Shown here: one piece after another, positions 34,969 to 41,902 of the stretch
How the letters are laid out: each line of letters opens with the position of its first letter
Numbering within the stretch: position 1 is the stretch's first letter
Assembly (NCBI GenBank): GCA_025351205.1
Contig: JANXWI010000095.1
Span: 1-41,902, forward strand
Direction: 5' to 3'
Source: Deinococcus sp.
Lineage (GTDB): Bacteria > Deinococcota > Deinococci > Deinococcales > Deinococcaceae
DNA: 41,902 bases
Made by a program: the position numbers and the translations under genes
The notes under the pieces: model-generated
Seen by the model: only the letters and a program-made list of their open reading frames with translations
What the model was told of the DNA's origin: nothing
The model's database searches: none

Positions 34969-36848
34969 GGCCGGGCCGCAGCCACGTAGAAGTCCAGTAC
35001 TCCCTGGGCGATGGCCTGCGCGTAGGTGGCCCGCCCGGTGTCGCTCATCAGGCTTCTCAGGTTGCCGGGGTCGGTCAGGTAGGCCGTCTCGACCAGCAGC
35101 GAAATCTGGGTGCTGGGCCGCGTCAGGGCCAGGTCGGCGTCGGGGTGCAGGCCATCATTGCCGGGCTGAATCGGGCCGGGCTGACCGGGGCCGGGCTGTC
35201 CCTGGGCGGCCAGGGCGGGGCTGCCGACGATGGCTTTCAGGATGCTCGCGGCCAGCGGCTGTGCCTGCGGATTGGTGAAATACACCCCCGCGCCGCGCTT
35301 GCCACGCGGGTCGGTGCCGTCGGGCAGGGCGTTGGCGTGAATGCTGATCAGCAGGTCGGCGTCCGCCGCCTCGGCCAGCAGCGGGCGGCTGTACAGCGGC
35401 ACCTGCACGTCCAGGTTGCGGGTCAGGACCACGTTCGCGCCCTGCGCCCGCAGCAGCTCTGCTGCCTGGAGGCCGATGTTCAGCACGATGTCCTTTTCCT
35501 GCACCCGCAACGATCCGGCCCCGCCCAACTCGCTGCCGCCGTGGCCGGGGTCGATCACGATGGTGCGTCCCGCCAGCGGCTGCGCGGGGTCGGTGGGCGT
35601 GGGTGGCGGGCGGCGCATGTTGAGCAGCAGGGTCGTGCCGTCGAACGCCAGATCGTAGCCCCACTGCTGGCGGGTGTTCAAGCGGATGTCGGCCACCAGC
35701 GGGCCGGTTCCTGCCCTGCTCCAGGTCAGACTGCTCAGAAGCGGATCTGAAAAGAGCTGGGCGTTCAGGCTGGCCGGGTCTCCCTGGGTGTCGTACAGCG
35801 CCAGGGTCAGCCCGCCCGCCGTCTGCGTGACCTGCACCGGAACCCTCGCGCCCAGAGGCAACCGCAGCGCCAGGTGGTTGCCCGCGTCCTGAAGCTGCGG
35901 CGCGGCCAGGAAGGCGGACACGGGAACCGTTGCGGCGGGCAGGAGCTGCGCGGTGGAACGCGTGATTTCCAGCAGCGGCAGGCCGGGCAGGCGGGTCAGG
36001 AAGGCGCCCGTGGTCTCGCCCAGCACCTGAACGCGCGTGCCCTGCCGGGGATACAGCAGGTTCGGGCCGCCCGCCGTGGCCCAGCCCGCCAGGAAAGCAT
36101 TGACCCCCCGCCCGGTATCGGGGGCCGTGACCTCGATAAAGCGTGGCCCCGGCAACGAGCTGACGCTGCCCGGCGCGGTGGCCTGGGCGCGGCTGCCGCC
36201 GGGTGCAACCAGCAGAAACCTGACCTTTGCCGCGCTGAACGTCTCGCCCGCCCCCAGCGTGAAGCCGCCGCCGTAGCGTCCAGCAGCCGTCTCGGTCATG
36301 GCAAACGGCCCACGCTCCCCGGCCCAGAACATCGCCCGCCCTCCGGGGCTGCCCCGGAACGAGACCTCCAGGCGGCGGTCCTGAATGCCCAGGGTGTCCG
36401 CGCCGTAGCGAACCCAGGGGCCGTCCGGCATCAGGCTGCCCGGCACGATGGTGGCCGGAGCCACGGGCAGCCGCGCGGCCACGTTCGACGTGACGCTGTA
36501 GGTCAGGGTGCTGGTTTTGCCGCCCAGCACGCTTGCCAGGGTCAGGGTATTGACGCCCGGACTCAGCGGCAGCCACTCGCTGAACAGCCCGTCCGGGCCG
36601 ACATTCAGCGCCCGCCCGTTGACGCTCAGGCTGGCTCCCGGCAGCACGCTTCCCTCGAAGATGACATGATCGGCGGCCACCCTGTAGCCGTCTTTCGGGT
36701 AGGCCACAAAGATGGGAACGGCGGCCAGGGCGGCGGGAACCGTCAATGACGGCACAGCACCTTGCGGCGCGGGCGGCGTCTGCGGAACGGCCAGCGATTG
36801 AGCAGTGCCCCAAGCGAGAAGGAAGACAGTCAGCAGGGGGCGCAACAT
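34965..36848 (-). CDS. N-acetylmuramoyl-L-alanine amidase (Amidase_3)
   Basis: Signal peptide; IVIDPGHGG, EK, ISIHANA and LVETAYL. Confidence 0.93.
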   Translation of the reverse strand: MLRPLLTVFLLAWGTAQSLAVPQTPPAPQGAVPSLTVPAALAAVPIFVAYPKDGYRVAADHVIFEGSVLPGASLSVNGRALNVGPDGLFSEWLPLSPGVNTLTLASVLGGKTSTLTYSVTSNVAARLPVAPATIVPGSLMPDGPWVRYGADTLGIQDRRLEVSFRGSPGGRAMFWAGERGPFAMTETAAGRYGGGFTLGAGETFSAAKVRFLLVAPGGSRAQATAPGSVSSLPGPRFIEVTAPDTGRGVNAFLAGWATAGGPNLLYPRQGTRVQVLGETTGAFLTRLPGLPLLEITRSTAQLLPAATVPVSAFLAAPQLQDAGNHLALRLPLGARVPVQVTQTAGGLTLALYDTQGDPASLNAQLFSDPLLSSLTWSRAGTGPLVADIRLNTRQQWGYDLAFDGTTLLLNMRRPPPTPTDPAQPLAGRTIVIDPGHGGSELGGAGSLRVQEKDIVLNIGLQAAELLRAQGANVVLTRNLDVQVPLYSRPLLAEAADADLLISIHANALPDGTDPRGKRGAGVYFTNPQAQPLAASILKAIVGSPALAAQGQPGPGQPGPIQPGNDGLHPDADLALTRPSTQISLLVETAYLTDPGNLRSLMSDTGRATYAQAIAQGVLDFYVAAARP

Positions 36849-36972
36849 GGATTCAGTCTAGCGGCCTGCCCGGAACTGGTGCCCGGTACTGGAGCGCTCT
36901 GACAACCGGACCTCGCAACCGTGCCCGGCGACCTTCTGCCCCGGTTGGCAGGCGTGCTAGCGTGGCAACATC

Positions 36973-37755
36973 ATGGCGAAGTCTTCTCTCAAAACCCCCC
37001 GCGAAATAGAGGCTATGCGCCGGGCCGGGTCGCTCGTCGCCGAGACCTTTCAGATGCTCGAACCCTATGTGGTGCCCGGCGTGAGCGTGCAGGAACTCGA
37101 TCACATTGCCGAGACGTTTATCCGTTCACGCGGGGCCACTCCCGCATACATCGGCTACGGTCCGCGCAACAACCCGTTTCCGGCCACCATCTGCGCCAGT
37201 GTCAACGAGGTTATCTGCCACGGCATTCCCGGCCCGCGCAGGCTGCGCGAGGGCGACATCATCGGCGTGGATATCGGCGTCAAGCTGAACGGCGTGTACG
37301 GTGACGCCTGCTACACCTACACGGTGGGCAACGTGGCCCCGGGCGTCCGCAAACTGGTCGAGACGGCCCGTGACTGCCTGGACGCCGGGCTGGCTGCCGT
37401 TAAACCGGGAGCACGCATGGGCGACATCGGCGAGGCCATCCAGAAGCTGGCGGAGGGGCGCGGCTTCGGGGTGGTGCGCGAGTACACCGGGCACGGCATC
37501 GGCAGGAATCTGCACGAGGAACCCACCGTCTACCACCACGGCAAGGCCGGGACGGGGCTGCCGCTGCAAGCGGGCATGGTGTTCACCATCGAGCCGATGA
37601 TCAACCTGGGCAGGCGCGAAACCAAACTGCTGCCCGACGGCTGGACGGTGGTGACCGCCGACGGCAAACCCAGTGCCCAGTTCGAGCACACGCTGGTGGT
37701 GACGCCCAGCGGCTACGACATCCTGACGCTGCCGCTGAAGACGGTGGGGGCGTAG
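36973..37755 (+). CDS. map: Methionine aminopeptidase type I
   Basis: CASVNEVICHGIP, GHGIG..LHEEP, TIEPM and SAQFEHT. Confidence 0.97.
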   Translation: MAKSSLKTPREIEAMRRAGSLVAETFQMLEPYVVPGVSVQELDHIAETFIRSRGATPAYIGYGPRNNPFPATICASVNEVICHGIPGPRRLREGDIIGVDIGVKLNGVYGDACYTYTVGNVAPGVRKLVETARDCLDAGLAAVKPGARMGDIGEAIQKLAEGRGFGVVREYTGHGIGRNLHEEPTVYHHGKAGTGLPLQAGMVFTIEPMINLGRRETKLLPDGWTVVTADGKPSAQFEHTLVVTPSGYDILTLPLKTVGA

Positions 37756-37765
37756 GAGTCAGGAT

Positions 37766-38101
37766 CTAGACGTTTCCAACTCCCAGTAACAACCACCGGA
37801 CAGTGCCCAGCCAATCTATATCCGTGTCTTCTGGGATGGCCTGGAGCATGTTTTCAGGCCACCTTTCCGATGCCTTGAGTTTTTCAATGATCTTAAAAAT
37901 CCAGGCATTGTAATCGTCGCCGGGACGTTCTGGAATGATCCGCAGAATCTCGACCTCTTCGGCAGCGTTCCACTCCAGTTCGGTGGCAGCCTCCAGCGCG
38001 GGCCACCAGGGACTCCATACGGCGTCATCGGCGTTCGAGGCCGGAAGCTGACCGAGCGCGACCAGTTCCTGTAGTTCTGGGCGTACCAAGGATGTATTCA
38101 T
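37766..38101 (-). CDS. Hypothetical acidic, Trp-rich protein (111 aa)
   Basis: ATG overlaps the upstream stop; AT-richer than its neighbours. Confidence 0.65.
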   Translation of the reverse strand: MNTSLVRPELQELVALGQLPASNADDAVWSPWWPALEAATELEWNAAEEVEILRIIPERPGDDYNAWIFKIIEKLKASERWPENMLQAIPEDTDIDWLGTVRWLLLGVGNV

Positions 38102-39402
38102 TCTATACCCATAAACGCTGCGTCCAGCTTTTCCAGCAGTTCGTCGGCCTGTTCATCTGTCAGGCTCAGCGGTGGCCCCAGCAGCAGGTGGTCGCCGCGC
38201 ACGCCGTCTACCGCTCCCGAGCCGGGATAGGTGATCAGGCCCAGGCCGAACGCCGCCCTGCCGACGCGGGCCGCTGTTCCAGGCGTCTGGAAGCTCTGGC
38301 CCGTCTGGGGGTCGCCCAGCACCACGCCCAGCATCAGGCCACGCCCGCGCACCTCCAGCATCACGGGATGGCGGGTCTGCAACTCCCGCAGGCCACCGAG
38401 CAGCCGTGTTCCCAGCTCCCGGCTGCGGCGCAGCAGGTCTTCCTGTTCCAGCACGCCCAGCACTGCCGCGCCCGCTGCCACGCTGACCGGATGGCCCGCG
38501 TAGGTGAAGCCATGCTTGAAGGCCCCGCTGCCGCCCATGACTGCTGCGTATACCCCCGGCGAGGCGGCGATTCCGGCCAGCGGCGCGTACCCGGCGGCCA
38601 GCCCCTTGCCCAGCACCACGATGTCGGGGGTCAGCATGTCGGTCCCAGGGCCGCCCCACTGCCGCACGGCCAGCGGCGTGCCGCAGCGTCCCATGCCGCT
38701 CATCACCTCGTCGGCAATGAACAGCACGCCGGACTCGCGGCAGATGTCGGCTATGCGTTCGTAGTAGCCCGCCGCCGGGGCCAGCGCGGCGTCGGAGGCT
38801 CCCACCACCGGCTCGGCCATGAAGGCGGCCACCGTATCCGGGCCGAGCTGCCCGATCAGCGTCCGCAGCGCTTCGGCGTCCTGTGCCCCGTCTGCGTGCG
38901 GGTTAGGAGCGGCCAGCTTGGGCCAGGCGTCCTCGTTCATCAGCGGCGCATACAGCTCACGCCGCGCCCCCATGCCCGAGGCCGCCAGGCTGCCCAGGCT
39001 GGCCCCGTGGTAGCTGGGTCGCCGCGTGATGATCCGGAATCTGCCCGGTTCGCCGCGTTCGGCGTGATACTGCCTGCTCAGCTTGATGGCGCTCTCGGTG
39101 GCCTCCGAGCCGCCCGACACCGCCCAGAAGCGGTAGCCCGGCAGGTCCAGAAAGGCCATCAGGCGGGCCGAATACTCTTCGAGCGCCGGAGAGCTGAACT
39201 GCGAGCCGTGGACGAAGGCCAGCGTGCGGGCGGCCTGCGCCATGGCCTCGGCGACCTCGCCTCGCCCCTGGCCGATGTTGGCGACCAGCGCCCCGGAAGC
39301 GCCGTCGAGATAACGCCTCCCAGCCGAGTCCCAGAGGTAGGGGCCAGCGGCCTTCACGGCGACGGGGTAGGGGAGGGCGGAACGGTAGAAGACGCTCGAC
39401 AT
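38098..39402 (-). CDS. Class III PLP-dependent aminotransferase
   Basis: GGSEATE, SYHG, FIADEVMSGMGR, LGKGLAAGY and HGFTY. Confidence 0.93.
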   Translation of the reverse strand: MSSVFYRSALPYPVAVKAAGPYLWDSAGRRYLDGASGALVANIGQGRGEVAEAMAQAARTLAFVHGSQFSSPALEEYSARLMAFLDLPGYRFWAVSGGSEATESAIKLSRQYHAERGEPGRFRIITRRPSYHGASLGSLAASGMGARRELYAPLMNEDAWPKLAAPNPHADGAQDAEALRTLIGQLGPDTVAAFMAEPVVGASDAALAPAAGYYERIADICRESGVLFIADEVMSGMGRCGTPLAVRQWGGPGTDMLTPDIVVLGKGLAAGYAPLAGIAASPGVYAAVMGGSGAFKHGFTYAGHPVSVAAGAAVLGVLEQEDLLRRSRELGTRLLGGLRELQTRHPVMLEVRGRGLMLGVVLGDPQTGQSFQTPGTAARVGRAAFGLGLITYPGSGAVDGVRGDHLLLGPPLSLTDEQADELLEKLDAAFMGIE

Positions 39403-39413
39403 GGACAAGAACC

Positions 39414-40310
39414 TCAGGGCAGGAAACGGGTGGACGTACGGGGCGGCAGGAAGTGGGCGGGCAGGGCGAGCCATTCGCGCAGAGGCGGCACCCCTTCGAC
39501 CTCCAGCGCCCGCAGGATCAGGCGGCAGGCGGCGCGGTGGGCCATCAGGTCGGGAAAGGGCAGGAGGTCCGAGTATCCGGTCTGAAATTCGGCGGCCCCA
39601 GTGGGAGAGAGCAGAAGTTCCCACAGGCACAGGTCGAGTTCGGGCGGCGCGTACACTGAAGCTTCCACGTCCACCAGCGCGTAGGGCTGCCCACCGCGCC
39701 AGATAAACTGTTCGCCCGCCCAGTCGAGCAGCATCGGCACCGTCCACCTGGGCGTGGGAGCGTCTGTAAACAATGATCTGAATTCGTCCCAGCCTTCAAC
39801 GGGAAAGCGTGCCGTCAGGTCGTCCAGGATGCTCAGCGCGCGAGGATAGAAATCGTCCACGATCCAGCCACGCGTGCCTGTGTCGGTCAGCGGCCCAAAA
39901 TAATCCAGCGCGAAGCTGTGGGCAGCAGCCACACGCCGCCCCAGTGCGGAGGCGTCTGCATCGGCCAACTCGCGGCCCGCTTCGCCCCCGATGAATTCTA
40001 CCTTCAGGGCGGGTTCGCCGAGAACCTGGGTCAGGCCCAGCGTCTCCGGTACCCTCCAGATGTTCAGGCCGCGCCAGAACAAGTAGGCGGCGGCCACCGT
40101 CTCCAGCTCGCGCGGGTCCACGCCGAACAGGCCGCGCAGCCCGGCCATGAAGGGGCTGACCTCGGGGGTGGTCCACCACGGACGCCGGGCGATGTACGTT
40201 CCCTGCGGCCCGTCCACCCGCCAGACATGTGAGGCGCGGCTGGAGTTGCCCGCGTTCAGCTCGGTCAACCGTTCGCCGATCTTTGGGCCAATGATTCTCA
40301 GATCGCTCAC
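39414..40310 (-). CDS. APH/choline-kinase-like phosphotransferase (divergent)
   Basis: VPETLG..VEFIGG, LGRRVAAAH and LLDWAGEQF...LVDVE....PPELDL; GTGA overlap with the upstream DinB gene. Confidence 0.7.
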   Translation of the reverse strand: MSDLRIIGPKIGERLTELNAGNSSRASHVWRVDGPQGTYIARRPWWTTPEVSPFMAGLRGLFGVDPRELETVAAAYLFWRGLNIWRVPETLGLTQVLGEPALKVEFIGGEAGRELADADASALGRRVAAAHSFALDYFGPLTDTGTRGWIVDDFYPRALSILDDLTARFPVEGWDEFRSLFTDAPTPRWTVPMLLDWAGEQFIWRGGQPYALVDVEASVYAPPELDLCLWELLLSPTGAAEFQTGYSDLLPFPDLMAHRAACRLILRALEVEGVPPLREWLALPAHFLPPRTSTRFLP

Positions 40311-40816
40311 CACGTATCTCCGCCCCCCGGCGGCGGCCACGCTCCGATCAGCTGCCGTACGGTCACCACCTGGCCCAGATGGTACAGGCCGTGCCCGGCG
40401 AAGCTGGTCAGCGGCACGATGCGGAACCGTCCCTGGGGGTCGTGGAGCTGCATGAACGCCTCGTCCTGAGCATACGCGGCGAGCGAATCCATGTCGCGCA
40501 GGAGGCTGAGTTTCATGGCTTCCCAGTCCTGTGTCTGCTGTGCTTCCGAGGTGTGGATCGGGCCGCCCGGCCAGCTCTCGGCGGCGCTCTCCACCCAGTC
40601 CGGGTCCTCGCCCCGGAACACGCCCAGCAGATACCGCTGCCAGAACTGCACGTGCGCCACGATGTCGGACACGCTGTGCGGCAGGCCCGCCGGAACCGTG
40701 CTGGCCTGCTGGGCGCTCAGGCCGTCGAGCGCCCGTTCCCAGCTGACGTTGGCGTTGCCGCCGTGAAACAGCGAAGACACCGCGTCCAGCGTCGTTACCT
40801 GGGGGGCGTTCACCAT
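40307..40816 (-). CDS. DinB/YfiT-superfamily protein
   Basis: PHSVSDIVAH and HGLYHLGQ His triad. Confidence 0.88.
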   Translation of the reverse strand: MVNAPQVTTLDAVSSLFHGGNANVSWERALDGLSAQQASTVPAGLPHSVSDIVAHVQFWQRYLLGVFRGEDPDWVESAAESWPGGPIHTSEAQQTQDWEAMKLSLLRDMDSLAAYAQDEAFMQLHDPQGRFRIVPLTSFAGHGLYHLGQVVTVRQLIGAWPPPGGGDTW

Positions 40817-41301
40817 GTGTCGCCCCCACTGGCAGGCGGCCAGGCATGGATCAGCTGCCGCACCGTGATGATCTGTCCGAAATGGTGGGCGGTGTGCAGC
40901 GCGAAGTCGGCCAGCAGTTCGCCCAGCGTCTCGTCGTGGTTGACCGGGCTTTGCAGGTCGGGCCGCGAGGTGTGGGTGTCTACGCGGGCCAGCAGCCGGT
41001 AGAACTCGGATTTCAGACGTTCCCAGTCGGCGGCAGTGGCGGCGGGCCAGGTATCGGCAGCGTGGGCCGGGTAGGGGGCCGCTGCTCCGGTTTCCACCAC
41101 CTCCAGCATCCAGGCCAACCACCAGTTGATGTGCGCCAGCAGCCCCGCCACCGAGTGCGGCAGCCCTGCCGGGCGCGTCGCGGCCTGCTCGGCGCTCAGG
41201 TCGGACAGGCTGGCCTCCACGCCCACATACGCCTGCCCGCCCCGGTACAGGCGCGGCAGCAGGCGGGCAAAGGCGAGTTGAGAAAGGTTGGGATTGGTCA
41301 T
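40810..41301 (-). CDS. DinB/YfiT-superfamily protein (tandem paralog)
   Basis: PHSVAGLLAH and HTAHHFGQ; same AWPP..GGDTW C-terminus as its neighbour. Confidence 0.88.
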   Translation of the reverse strand: MTNPNLSQLAFARLLPRLYRGGQAYVGVEASLSDLSAEQAATRPAGLPHSVAGLLAHINWWLAWMLEVVETGAAAPYPAHAADTWPAATAADWERLKSEFYRLLARVDTHTSRPDLQSPVNHDETLGELLADFALHTAHHFGQIITVRQLIHAWPPASGGDTW

Positions 41302-41356
41302 GGGAGTAGTGTCGCAGAATGCGTGTCGGAGGTGAACTGTGGCGCGCGAGGGTGAA

Positions 41357-41689
41357 ATGAACATCAGGAGTGCCGCCTCGCTGGGGCTGCAAATCGACGG
41401 TCTGGAAGACATTCAGGGGCTGCTCGGTGCGGCCTACCATCTGGACGGCCTGATTCTGCACGAAGCTGAGCTGGGGCCGGAGTTTTTCCGGTTGAGCAGC
41501 GGCGTGGCGGGCGAACTGTTTCAGACCTTCGTGAATTTCCGCCTGCCCGTCGCCGTGGTGATCGCAGACTTTTCGGCCCACGGGGAACGGTTTGCTGAGC
41601 TGGCCTACGAACATTCCAGACACCGGGGTGTGCGCTTCGTTCATACCGAAGACGAGGCGCGTTCATGGCTGGAAAGCCTTGTTCAGTAA
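41357..41689 (+). CDS. DUF4180-family protein
   Basis: L.PEFFRLSSGVAGELFQTFVNFR...ELAYE...A..WL pattern. Confidence 0.8.
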   Translation: MNIRSAASLGLQIDGLEDIQGLLGAAYHLDGLILHEAELGPEFFRLSSGVAGELFQTFVNFRLPVAVVIADFSAHGERFAELAYEHSRHRGVRFVHTEDEARSWLESLVQ

Positions 41690-41695
41690 CGCTGC

Positions 41696-41902
41696 TCAGT
41701 AACGCTGCGCCACCGTCTTGGTCTGCAAGAACCAGAACAGGTAGTCCGGCCCGCCGACCTTGGCGTTGGTGCCGCTCATGCCAAAGCCGCCAAAGGCGTG
41801 CGTGCCGCTCATAGCCCCGGTGCATTTGCGGTTCACGTACAGGTTGCCGACGTGAAACACCCGGCGGGCCTCCGCAATCTTGTGCGGGTCGCGGCTGTAG
41901 AA
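41696..41902 (-). CDS. pruA: 1-pyrroline-5-carboxylate dehydrogenase, C-terminal part (runs off the window)
   Basis: Manual translation: [40 protein letters not shown]...QTKTVAQRY*. Confidence 0.9.
   Translation of the reverse strand, partial: FYSRDPHKIAEARRVFHVGNLYVNRKCTGAMSGTHAFGGFGMSGTNAKVGGPDYLFWFLQTKTVAQRY

Overview
GC-rich chromosomal segment that reads as Deinococcus-like. This is an inference from gene content, many TANNNT-N6/7-ATG leaderless starts and the repeat families. It opens with the 3' end and right terminal repeat of an IS66-family element. Most of it is housekeeping: recX, rpsT, bshA, glgC, a TrmH-family methyltransferase, fused secDF, two LysM-M23 peptidases, pdxS-pdxT, two alpha/beta hydrolases, pepF, a YbjN-family gene, a LysM-RlpA protein, Xaa-Pro peptidase, a PaaI thioesterase, aat, serA, cysK, gluQ, trpBA, an MFS transporter, an amidase, map, a dinB-dinB-kinase-aminotransferase cluster and the 3' end of a P5C dehydrogenase. 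Accessory parts are a lower-GC RCC1-repeat gene, a Phd/PIN toxin-antitoxin pair and a single-domain beta/gamma-crystallin gene bracketed by two MITE-like repeats. The most interesting unexplained signals are: (1) a membrane-targeted upstream ORF ending LGRLNLDGG directly before secDF, built like a ribosome-arrest 'monitoring' peptide but lacking the known motifs; (2) two repeat-containing mini-ORFs translationally coupled to bshA (Cys-rich) and to trpA; (3) a modular repeat family with terminal inverted repeats, in three copies; (4) many unrelated 13-18 bp tandem micro-duplications near gene boundaries.
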